A DNA stretch of 64,000 bases. Origin: Podarcis erhardii. Its lineage: Eukaryota. Of this stretch, positions 13,372 through 24,325 are shown one piece after another (the stretch's first letter is position 1; each line of letters opens with the position of its first letter). A program made the translations under genes and the position numbers. Under the pieces are notes generated by a model that worked only from the letters and a program-made list of their open reading frames with translations, was not told where the DNA came from and did not search any database. Location of the stretch: assembly GCA_964252035.1 (NCBI GenBank), contig OZ176202.1; one strand, written 5' to 3'.

Positions 13372-14278
13372 TACAATGATCTAATAGCCAAGCAAAGGGG
13401 GGGGGGAGAGTTAGGCTTCCAGATGTTAAAAGGTTAAATGAACTTGATTGATTCATAGCACATACCCCACTGCGTGTGATACTTAGCTAAATATCCTTGT
13501 TTTTCCACCAGCTGGTAGCTGACTGTTATGTTACTTGGCAGAGAACTACTTTGGCTTATCTTCAGTACAATGCTTTTAAAAAAATGTGCCTGTGACAGTG
13601 TGTGACAGCAAGAGAGAGGGAGAGATTTTTATGATTCTTTATAATAAATTTATACTGTGCCCTAAGGGGACTTGTAACTATCATTTATATTATGGGGAGC
13701 GTAGGTGTATATGTTTTTCAGATGGACTAAACCGCTCGGCTTTGTTTTATTGTTCCATTGCCCAATTGCTGATGAAGTATGATAGATTTACCTCTGGGAA
13801 AACTCATGCACTCACATAAAAGGATACTTTTTTTGTGTGCCAACTGAAATGACATTTTGAGTGTGTGAGTTCACTAGAAGTACATGCTTATATATAGTTC
13901 AGTTCCCAGCGATAAAATTTTGGCTGCTTGTTGATGGTACATAAATAAATGAAATCTCTCCCACACCGGAATGAAATTTCCCCCACATCAGGATGAAGAC
14001 ACAAGATAATTGGGTTTGGATTAGAATGCCATAATTTTATCAGCTGCAGAGAACAAATAACAGAAAGCCTGAGCAATACAGGAAGTCCCAGGTTGAAGAG
14101 CTTATTGGTTAAAGTTCACTTCAACTCTGATAAGGGAAGTACTACCCTGGCTTAAAGCTCAAGCCTGTCAAATCACTGAGCCATGTATTTACGGTAATTG
14201 GCTTTTCAACAAGAGGGAAACAAGAGTCCTGAGCTCCACCCAACCCACCCTCCCTGGCCAGCATTGGATGGTCTAGAC

Positions 14279-14414
14279 CAGGTACCCCCAAACTCAGCCC
14301 TCCAGCTGTTTTGGGACTACAATTTCCATCATCCCTGACTACTGCTCCTGTTAGCTAGGGATGATGGGAGTTGTAGTCCCAAAACAGCTGGAGGGCCAAG
14401 TTGGGGAATGCCTG
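14279..14414. mobile_element. Palindromic hAT MITE (136 bp)
   Basis: CAGG...CCTG termini, inverted arms and an 8-bp TSD GTCTAGAC/GTCTAGGC (7/8). The TCTAGA-centred target fits hAT Charlie-type preference. Confidence 0.85.
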
Positions 14415-14517
14415 GTCTAGGCATTCTAGAACCCAAGGGGAACTTCCTTTTGACATGTCCTCAGGCCATTCGCCAATAAGTGGTAAGTTAAAAGCCACTT
14501 TTAACTCACCAGGTGTT

Positions 14518-14570
14518 TCATAGAATCATGGAATCATGAAACTGTAGAGTTGGAAGAGATCCTGAGGATT
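14518..14570 (-). mobile_element. Very short CR1/Squam3-type 3' tail
   Basis: TCATAGAATCATGGAATCATG...GTAGAGTTGGAAGAGA is the reverse complement of the (TTCTATGA)n tail seen at 29940-29967 and matches the CR1 end at 50182. Confidence 0.6.
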
Positions 14571-14632
14571 CAGGGTGCTTTCCGATCTAATGTAAATCTT
14601 TTTTTGCCCACATTTATTACCAGTTGTGACAA

Positions 14633-14832
14633 AAGGGCCAGCCCAACCATGAGGCAAGGTGTGGCAACTACCTCAGGTGGCAGCGTCCACAGGGGCAGCA
14701 GATCCCAATGTTGATCTTTCTTCCCTCTTGTTCCTGAAATAGTTCTTCACTCACCCCTTCTTCTCTGGTGGGGATGGAGGAATGCTATTTTGTGGTTCAC
14801 CTCGGGAGCCAAAATTTATTGGTCCAGCCCTG
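14633..14832. mobile_element. GC-rich non-autonomous DNA-transposon-like repeat
   Basis: Imperfect termini AAGGGCCAGCCC / GGTCCAGCCCTG. No TSD was found. Confidence 0.3.
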
Positions 14833-16415
14833 AGCTAAGACCATCAGTAAAGCATATGAATAAAGTCATTCTCCTTCTTTAGTTGAATATTTCAAGGGTG
14901 ACACGGAAGTCAAGATTTATTTTTTATTAGATTGAAGCATACCAAGTTGTACTGCTGGGTTAGTTGAACGTTCAGCAGAGCTGGGTGAAGGGTTTTGTTT
15001 GTTTTGTTTTATAAAGAGCTTTTATCTGTATGGCTAAAGTGCCCACCGCATTTTAAGAGAGAATTTTAAGAGCATACTAGAAGCTCCTTTCTTAAAGAAG
15101 GCAATGATAGCTGAAATGGCCTTTACGGAATAGATATTAGTGTGTTGTTGCTATTGCAAAAGGTACTGAGCATACTCATAGTTGATTACAAAGAATCCTT
15201 TCTATCTCCAACAGCAGAAATCCAATTTGTAATGCCAGTTTCTAGTTCCTGCTGTTACTGATGACATTGTGAGAGAAAATTACATGGTGTGGAATTGGTA
15301 TAGAAATGTGGTTATGGCAGCCCGCTTTTTACTGTTTTAAAATAATGATATTGTGCAATTAAACATTCATACATGCCTAGTACTACACCTGTTGATGCCT
15401 TTCTTTTCTTTTTACCTCTTCATAATTTGTTACTTGGCAGTGCCAAACAAATTGTTTTAAATTACTTCAAGAAACACTTTAAATATGCATATTACAATTG
15501 CAGTATTGCCTTCATAAAACACATTCAGATTTAGCAATGCGATACCTGTTCTGCAGCCAAGAGATAGTGCTGCACTCATTAATTGAAGGTTGTTGATGAT
15601 AGTATCACTGGATATAATACACCAGAGTTTTCTAGATGTTTAATCTTTACATTTTAATTTTGTATCTGCCGTCAACTAATTGACTGAAGCTCTGAGTCTT
15701 ATTAGACCAAGCACAGAAAAGTACTTGTATTCAGCACATTGCAGAATCTGTGCTTTACTTAATGTGAAACAGCATGTCATTGTGTGCCACAGAAAGAATG
15801 AATACCATTAGCTGAGGCACCAAAGTGCTAGATATTTTGCTCCCCATGGGCGTATCTTTGGCAGCTGGCTATATGTTCTTTATAAAATCTATTTTATAGG
15901 CCAATCCTTGGGTCTCTGGTGTGCCAATGCCCTCAGATCTTTGGTACCTGTGAAGGCATCTGTTCATCATTATCATCATTAGGCTTTTTTTGTTTTTCTT
16001 GTGGTTTAGCTTCCAAGGTTGCTTTTTATCTGTGTTTCATGTATTTGTGTGTGTATAGGTGTGGTGTTTGGCCTATGGTTGTTGTTTTTTCTGGGTGTGT
16101 TTCTAAGTACAAATGTGAAGACTAAAAAACATGTTCCCCTCCCTCCTCACACAGTTTTTCTGTCCCCAGACCAGGCCCTCACATCTCCAGCTCTAAGTAT
16201 CACCAGTTTTTCCTCTGTGAAACAGTTACTTTGTGGTATGCATAGGAGGTTCTAAGATTTCCAAAAGCACCTGTGGCTATCAACAAAACTTGGGAAGCCT
16301 AGTCTTTTTTATTATTATTGTGCCTTTCAGTCTTTGTGTGTTTCTTTTTAATGTTTGGTTCCAGAATGGCATTGCCTAATATGTGTGTGTGGTGGGGGGG
16401 TGGAATCCCATACCC

Positions 16416-16735
16416 TCCAACATTTCTCTGATGAAAATGGGGACTATTTTACTATGTATATCCCACACATCTTACTGGGTTGCCTCAGTCACTCTGGGTG
16501 GCTTCCAACATATATAAAAACATAGGAAAACATTAAACATGGAAAAAAAAACCTTCCCTATACAGGATTGCCTTTAGATGGCTCAGGGGTCAGATAGATT
16601 CCAACATTTCTCCAATGAAAATAAGGACATCCTAAGGAAAAGCAGGACATTCCAGGATCAAATCATAAACCAGGATGGCTTCTCTAAATCAGGGACATCC
16701 CTAGAAACTAAGGACACTTTGAGGGTCTGGAATCC
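16416..16735. mobile_element. Composite repeat: L2 3' tail (-) flanked by a 29-bp direct repeat, plus an adjacent GGGAC-rich segment
   Basis: L2 tail CCAC..CATCT..CTGGGTTG..CAGTCACTCTGGGTGGCTTCCAAC at about 16467-16510. Direct repeat at 16416-16444 and 16600-16628 (25/29 identical). Confidence 0.5.
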
Positions 16736-17439
16736 TAGCTGCAGAAAGATATTTATTTTCTAATCAGAAGATATTACCTTACCTGCTTTTCAAAACTGCA
16801 TATTGGGTATTCTGTTGAACTATGGTGGGGGAAAATGCTCCATCCTGTTTCTCCATTGATCTTCATTAAAAAGAGGGGGGAAACTGGTTGCTTTTTTTTC
16901 CAATGCATTTTGCTTTTTTAACAAAATGTGAAAGCCAGATCAGGTCAGTTTTGTATTGGGATTTACAAGCATCAAGTTCTTGAAGCATTCCTATCAGAGA
17001 GTTATCATAAAGTTGCCTGAAGTGTTCTAGAGCATTATCTTTCTCTAAAAAAAAATTTAAAAATGGATGTGTGGTGGGAAATGACAGGTTTCCATCATTT
17101 CCCACCACTTTCTGTATTTTCTGAGGCCCAGAAGTATGTCCCTACCTGTACTATCAATTTGTCTTGCCAGAGTCACAACTTATTTTTTTTAACACGTTCT
17201 TTGGCCTATTCATGTAGAGGTTACCAAGGAGAAATGCTAAGCAATATTAGGATATGGTTGTGTTAAATGCAAAGTATATGCAATCACTGGAAGAAAAGAT
17301 GAACAGATAAAATATCTCAAGATATCTTTGCACAGCCAGGTTGGAATTTTGCATTTGCTTTGACAGTGTAGGAGAAGTTTTTTTGGTGTGTTTTTTTAAA
17401 AAAAAAACCCATATCCTCGTGTTAATTTATTTTCTTCAG

Positions 17440-17685
17440 GGCTTGTTTCAGCATTAGCATTAGCTAGCACTCTGGCTATTCAGCCAATTTGATCTGACTG
17501 CCCTGTGACTGGCTCTTGTTTGGAAAACAAGCTCCTGCTTGTACAGTTCCTGATCGGGTGAATACTCAGTGCTTTGTATAGGGGCAATTCTGTTCATTCT
17601 TTGGGAAACAAGAATCTCATTTACAAAACAGTTCCTGCCAGTTGGCTAAGAATGTGCATTAACTGCTTGCCCTTTCAACTGAAGG
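17440..17685 (+). other. Candidate exon or alternative first exon (unassigned gene)
   Basis: Acceptor TTAATTTATTTTCTTCAG| and donor AGG|GTAAGT. An ATG at 17652 is open for 11 codons (MCINCLPF...) to the donor in phase 1. No homologue recognised. Confidence 0.2.
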
Positions 17686-19097
17686 GTAAGTGCTAAAAAT
17701 TAGCTGAGCAAAACTAACAGCATTAATGACAAATGTTGGGAAATATAAGGCTTACCACAAGGCCCTACCAAAGGGCCCTTACCAAGTTATCTGACTTTAA
17801 GCTTTCTAAAATTCCTTCTCTGTACACGCCTTTAAGCCACACAGGCCAAAAACCCAACAAGATAATTACTATGTGGATACTGCAGGAGGACATGTTTATT
17901 TAAAATACAAGTTTACTGAAAAGAGTAAACTCTTAAAGACAGTAAGTAAAATCCCAAATGATGAAGGATTGTCAGTGTACAGAGCTATCCAAGAAATTGC
18001 ATAATCCCTACGTTACTGTTAGAGAAACTCAAAATCAGAGATGCTTTAAATATACATTCTAATCTAGAACAAAAATATGCTTAAATTGCACCACAAGAAA
18101 TTCAGAAGGCACTAAAAAATAATCAAGCCAAATGTTTAATTCCACTAAACCCAGTTTACTGGGTTTCAGGTAGAGCAGATTTTCCCCATTCCATTATTTT
18201 TACATGGATTCACACTTGCCTTTTGAACTCATTTAATCAAATACGTGCTGGTGTGCAACAGTAAGATATGGCCTGATTGGCAGGTGGGCATTACCCATCA
18301 CTGCTCTAAGGGGAGTCAAGTACAATGTGAAAGCTTCAGCATATTGCACATGAGCAGTTGTCTGAATGAAGTTTGTAAATAAAAAAGGGAAGGATGATAG
18401 ATTGTTACTTATTAGTGCCTCTGAAACACTCTGAAGTAATTCAGAACCCTTAAATCTGAAGACAAATTCAGATGAGAACTTCAAAAGCATCCCTAATTTT
18501 AACTGTCTAATATATTCCTGTTAATTAGTTAGTGGCAATGTGTTTCACATTTTCAATAATAGATATTTTCATTCTGATATTGTTCATTTTGAGAGAGAGA
18601 AATTGAATGAGTTTAGCTTTGCTCCAGATTTTAACAGTCCATTTTAATATGCATGAGATTCCTTGGTTTTCAAAGAAAGCTCATGATTCAGATTATGCTC
18701 TGCTGGGATTTGCTGCAACCGCAGATGAGTTCATAGACTGGGGCACACCAGGAGCACAATGTCACAACACAAAATGTGTGTGGCATTGACATTGCATTGG
18801 TATTTCAGATGGAGGCAATTAAGCAAATACTTAGAAATGGTGTGTGACTCCTAAAAAAAATGAGCCACACTCTTTTCAGCAAACCTTCCCAAAGAACAGG
18901 ACAAAACATTTAGAGAATGGAGCCTGAGTTGTGGCTATGTGCCTGTTTAAGGATCAAATAGGGCATAGGATGCGGGGAAAATATCTAAATATGTGGCTAG
19001 AGTTGGTAAGAAAATACAGACACAGTGAAAGGGGTCTTAACAGATATGTATGGGAGCTCCCTCAGTTTTGTGTGATGGTAAAACAGATAGCATAGAA

Positions 19098-19181
19098 CAG
19101 TGATCCCCAAACTTGGGTCTCCAGCTGGTCTTGCTAGCTAGGGATGATGGAAGCTGGAGACCCAAGTTTGGAAAACACCTG
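19098..19181. mobile_element. Internally deleted copy of the palindromic hAT MITE
   Basis: Arms CCAAACTTGGGTCTCCAGCT / AGCTGGAGACCCAAGTTTGG. GCATAGAA is duplicated on both sides (19090-19097 and 19181-19188). Confidence 0.7.
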
Positions 19182-20855
19182 CATAGAATAAAGGGGAAAA
19201 GACTAGTTAGAAGTTGTGAAGTTTCCAGTGGAAAGAATAGTCAGTATCACCAAATTTAATAGGATTTATTACCAAATAATAGACTTGATGAGCAAGTAAG
19301 TAGAGTGAAAGGCTTTGCAAAGCTTTGGGATATTTTCCAGTCAATTAAAAGCATATTGTTCTGTATGAGATACTAAACATCTCTTCCTGATACACACTAT
19401 ATGTACATTATAGGGGGAACCTAATTTATTATTCTATGTGGAATGGGCCAAAATAGTTTCCTCAGTGAAAACATCAGATGTGAAACATTGTTTATGTCCT
19501 GACTGAGGTATTAATATTCAATTCAGCTTCCAACTGTTCTACTGCCAATTAATGTTAATACGAGTTGTGTGGCAAGCTTCCCACTGACTCACCTAAAATC
19601 TCTGTGCTAGAAGCTTAAAGTTTGCCATGATTGTGCTAATGAAAATATTAGTTGGCAAAAATATGATTCAATATATATTGATTGGGGAATGTATTTTCTC
19701 CACAAAACATTCCAGCCACCAATCTGGGGCAACAAGCAGGTTTTTGGACCAACCCCATCATTTATTTTCCACAAATGCAGTCCCTTTCATTTTCTCCAAA
19801 AGGTTAATAACACCCATTCACTTCAGTGCCTGCAATGAAGGGATGTTTTCCCACCATGTGCCAGTTTAGTAACTGGAACCATTGAGTACTGAGCCACTCT
19901 AATGAGATTCTGAATAGCCTCATCCCAGGTTCCCTTTCTTGATCATGCTAGAATATGATGGAGCCCAGGAAGAAATTTTCTGTATAAAATTTTGCACACC
20001 CATTTGGTCACTTTCATTCACAGCACTGGAATTGCTTCCAGCATGGCTTTGATAATACTTTTGCATTTATAATGACTTTGATTCAGACAATATCATATGA
20101 ATTTTGCACTGCTGTCCTACTTTTCTGAGCAGTTCATGCTTAATTCCCCCCAGCTCCCCCGCTTGAGTTTGCTATGACTGTTTCCACTGCTCAGCATGGG
20201 TGTCCTCAGAAATAACTCGGGGCTGGGGGCAGGTCTGTGAATTGGAACTACAGGATGTTGAATGGAGTGTTTGCAGAATTTATACAACTGATCCCCAAGC
20301 ACCATTGCATGTTGATGAGGAGAAGCAATGAGGGATTATACATTTCAGGACTAACTTCTAACAAATTGCTTTATTTGTCCATTTAACAGAGTGAGGTACT
20401 AGGAAGGACATACAGCTTCAATTTGTCGACTGCACAACAATATTGTAGAAATCTAAACCCAATTGAAAAATCCCCGAGTCTGAATTTCACACATTTTACA
20501 CAGAATCTGCCTTGGCCATGGTGAATGCCAGACATAAAGCCTGAAACCAGTCAGACTTTCCTTTTTCATTTTGGTAAATGCTTGACTGTCCATAGCATAC
20601 AGGAAAATATAATACAAAGTGAATTGTTCTTTACGGAAACTCTGGAGTCTATGGAGGTCTTGGCCAAAACGGTAAACAACTTCTTTGATAAATTCCTCTT
20701 TTGAGATGGGTCTTCAACTTTTTTTCTGTGGACACAAGCAAGATGTCAAGTGCAGCCATGTCTTCACCCTGTACAAAACACTGAATGATTGTTCAGTTGT
20801 TCATGTTGTAACTAGGAGGAATGACTGCTCCCCGCTTAAAACGGGGGGCACCCTT

Positions 20856-21572
20856 TGTGTGGACGCGCACAGCCCTCAATCTGGAGCGGCCCCATCAGCA
20901 TAGGCTTGGCTTTGCCTTCCCTCAGGTGGGATACCTGGAGGTCTCCGCCTACCTCAGTCAGTTGTCCAATCCCACCTGGGGGAAGCGTTGCCAAGGAGAC
21001 CAGGCCAGGTAGGGGAGGGATTACCTGCCCACACAATAGAGGGAGGATCTTACCTGGGAATCTCTCACTTGGCTCCAGAGCTTCCCCCACCCTACCCACC
21101 TTCAGTTAATGTCTTCTTTTGCAGGTTAACTTTTCTTCATACGTTTTACAGGTTAACTTATCTTCACAGGTATGCGGGCGCTGCTACGCTAAGGTCGCTG
21201 TTAAAGGGCCGGAAAGGAATTTCCCTGCATTTCCCGTTAAAGGGGTTTCTGAAGGGAGGCTTTGACCGTACGCCGAAAGGTCGTCATTGCTCTCCCCTGC
21301 GGCGGCGGCATAACAGGGGCGGCTATCTCTGCTTGAACATATGTTCTCCAGAGCCGACCCATCCCCCCCCCCACACTGGATAACCCTGAAGCTCCCTAGG
21401 TCCCCGGCTGGGGACTGGGGAGGGAGAATGCCCAATGCCTGAGCCAAGGTCTACCCACATTTGAAATTTAATAAAGTTGTGGCGTATTTAATCCCATAGC
21501 ACGTTGTCTTGAGTCGTTATTCCACATGACGGGGAGACCGCTCGGGATCTGGGGACTCTGCCTGTCCACGCA
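20856..21572 (+). mobile_element. CpG-rich LTR of an unclassified LTR retroelement (LTR-1)
   Basis: TG...CA ends with a 9-bp imperfect inverted repeat (TGTGTGGAC / GTCCACGCA). AATAAAGTTGTGGC at 21470-21483 is identical to the reverse complement of 39527-39540. A purine run AAAACGGGGGG lies just upstream. No clean TSD, so the left boundary could extend to about 20807. Confidence 0.65.
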
Positions 21573-22470
21573 AAAGTGCTGTAAGAATGGCCATTTTAAT
21601 AGTAGGGAACAGCTCTAGGTGAATCTCTGTCATGATGAAGTGACAGTCCCAAAGGACTGGTGGTGGTGCAGAATCTGTCGTTTGAATCAGGTCTATAACA
21701 CACAATCGTTTAATAGCCCTTGTGTTAAAGAGCAAACGAAACTGCAGTCCTAATAGACAAACCTAGCAAGCCATGAGCATGAGGCATGAGTTAGCACCAC
21801 CAAATATACTGAAGGAAATTCCCACTGCAGCTCTTTCACTTCGGCTTACTCCACACATGCCCTGATCTGCCAATAAAGACGACTTGTATTTTCCACAGTG
21901 ACCTGCATTTAGAAGTGACCACTTTACTGTACAACTCTACCAGCCTTAGGATGTTGTAATAAACTTTAAAAGAGCAGAGGTGAGGGAGACTAGAAATGTT
22001 TTGTTGAAAAGGTTCACCTATATGTTTACAAAGCCATTGACAAGAGATTATTTTCCCAGCAAACTACACCATGGGTGTCAGTGCATGACTAATATGGTGC
22101 TAGAGCAAGCAAAAGGCCTTGTATCAAGGGAAGTGTTACAATATTGAATCTCCTTTTCCACTCAGATGAACGTTGCACATATATAGCATAGCTATGCCTT
22201 CCAGAACAGCTACGTTTAACTTCAAAAAAAGACACTTCTCAAAAATGAAGGGACTGGTAAAAAAGAAATTAACCCCCCCCCCCGAAATTTCCCTTCAAAC
22301 TCTCTAGAACACTTGGTGGTTATTCAAAATAATGATAACAGAAACTCACTTAGAATGTACACCACAAATCACAAAAGGTAATGTTAGAGATTGACATTTC
22401 ACTTCCTGAGGCAAAGGCCAAGATGGCACCCATTCCTATTCCACAGTCCTTGTAAACCTCTCCAACCTGA

Positions 22471-22575
22471 TGATGATGATGATGACGATAATTTTTTATT
22501 ATTTATACCCCGCCCATCTGGGCGGCTTCCAACAAAACGCTAAAATATAATAACCTGTTAAACATTAAAAGCTTC
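22471..22575 (-). mobile_element. L2 LINE 3' tail fragment
   Basis: TTTATACCCCGCCCATCTGGGCGGCTTCCAACAAAA matches the L2 3' end at 45070-45125 with an internal deletion. It is preceded by a (GAT)n tail. Confidence 0.65.
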
Positions 22576-22648
22576 TGTCCATAGTATTTAAAAACACAAC
22601 TTACATTTTATTTGTTGATTGTTCATATATCTTATATGTTCTTGTTCA

Positions 22649-22782
22649 AGTGTGGGGAATCGGTGGCCTTTGAGAGGTTGCTGAACTACAACTCCCATCA
22701 TCCCTGATCACTGGCCGTGTTTTCTGGAGCTAGTAGGAGTTGTAGTTCAGCAATCTCTCAAAGGCCACCGATTCCTCACACT
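22649..22782. mobile_element. Near-perfect hairpin MITE (134 bp)
   Basis: Arms AGTGTGGGGAATCGGTGGCCTTTGAGAGGTTGCTGAACTACAACTCC and GGAGTTGTAGTTCAGCAATCTCTCAAAGGCCACCGATTCCTCACACT pair over about 47 bp with 2 mismatches. The ACTACAACTCCCATCATCCCT core is shared with the hAT MITE family. Confidence 0.8.
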
Positions 22783-23860
22783 TTTTTTATGTTTGCAACT
22801 TAAGTGAGCATAAAAAAAGAAAATAAGAAAAAAGAACCACCAACTTTTCTCCCAATGCAAATACTGTGACATCACTGAATAGATTGTACCTCTTTTTTCT
22901 GAAGATGTGTAGGAGAGGAAATTGCTTTTGGGCCAGTTTAGGCTCCTCAGTTGGAGGGACTGAAATGACAGTTGAAGGTTTAGAGTTTGGCTACCGCTCC
23001 TCTTCCTCACTGGATAATTTGTTAACACTGAGTCTAGTTCTGACAAATTCAGGGGTCAGGATTACTGCTGAATAGGTAACTCCTTTGAATTATCATTAGG
23101 GAGTTCTGTGAACTGCTTAACAAAGCACAAAGTAACGCTTGATGTCAATGTTCATGCATAACATTGTGTGGACAGATGCCTGGTCTGCGTAGACATTTGC
23201 TCCTTCTTCAAGGAGAATGAACTAGAAATGTACAAATGTACCTAGCTTTATTTTTATGGTCTCATGTCTGAACTATAATAATGTGCTCCTTACTGCCTTT
23301 CCCCCCCACCCTTCTTTCATTTTTAGTAAATTCAAAACATTTCTGCTAAATTGTGCTACCTGTGCACATTTGCTCAGCCAGAAATTATATATACTTCTTG
23401 GAGAACTGTGTACATGTCCCACACTGTATCTACAAAATAATTTGTGATGTGGAGCAATGTAAAAAGATGGGTGACAAAGACACATGCACCAGCTGTTAAT
23501 GGGTCTCAAAATATAGACTTTGCATGTACAGTAGACTTGTGTGCACACAGATTATGCTACTTTTGTCTTATATCAGACATCCAGCAGTTTTCTTTTTAGC
23601 AAGGAAACGACTAGCTTAGCTTGATATTTTGCAAAGCATGAAAGTTGACTGCAATATAATTTTCTTTGATAGCATTGTAAATGCCTAGCTTTATGACTGT
23701 AAAAAAGAAGCCCAATAATTTTAATGATAAAATCCAACATAGGAGTATGGAACACTCAACGAATGCACCACACATTTGCCACCAGACTTGCCTGTGTCTC
23801 CTTTGCTATATGCATCCCTATATGTTCACTCAGACTTATCTTGCCTGAAAATACTGTTCA

Positions 23861-23873
23861 GTTGCCAGGCAAC
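23861..23873. promoter_or_regulatory. Candidate RFX (EF-C/X-box) site
   Basis: Perfect palindrome GTTGCC-A-GGCAAC. Confidence 0.35.
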
Positions 23874-23980
23874 CGTGGCAGTTCTGGTATGCAACGCATT
23901 GCAGGCAAAGTGCCATCCTGCTCTCTTAGCACACATCTAACAGATATTCATGACACAGAAAGAATGGTTTGCCTTCTTAA

Positions 23981-23982
<2 letters not shown>

Positions 23983-24011
<29 letters not shown>
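23983..24011. repeat. (CA)n microsatellite
   Basis: Directly visible. Confidence 0.95.
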
Positions 24012-24013
<2 letters not shown>

Positions 24014-24039
24014 GAATTCTTCGTATCCGTTAACCCAGT

Positions 24040-24200
24040 AATGCACACATCTTGATTTTCATCCTTAAAAAAATGCTTGCAAATGTACTGTGACTTACAA
24101 ATGCATGAATAACACCCCAAAAATTGCACAAAATGTTTAGTTTTGGACAGAAAGTAAAAAAAGGGGGGAATATGCTGAAGCAACACTTAAGGCACAGGTA
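24040..24200. mobile_element. Fragment of an AT-rich interspersed repeat (ATGCA/AAAAT-rich family)
   Basis: Shares motifs such as TGCACAAAAT and AAATGCAT with 34200-34350, 41850-42140 and 62700-62920. Confidence 0.35.
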
Positions 24201-24284
24201 AATGAAATACAATTTCCTGCAGCTTACATTGTATTCAGAGCACAGAGGTGCTGCCTCTGCTCTCAGCAGAAGGTAAATGTGCCC

Positions 24285-24320
<36 letters not shown>
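24285..24320. repeat. (AAT)12 microsatellite
   Basis: Directly visible. Confidence 0.95.

Positions 24321-24325
<5 letters not shown>

Noticed and set aside
16783-16819. 37-nt minus-strand exon candidate that would continue the MPKDTQ frame (VQQNTQYAVLKS)
   Set aside because: The splice sites are plausible, but it is short, has no recognisable homology and is within chance expectation for pseudo-exons.
20836-21447. Overlapping ORFs of 63-131 aa in LTR-1
   Set aside because: Expected in GC-rich sequence with few stop codons; no gag, pol or env motifs.
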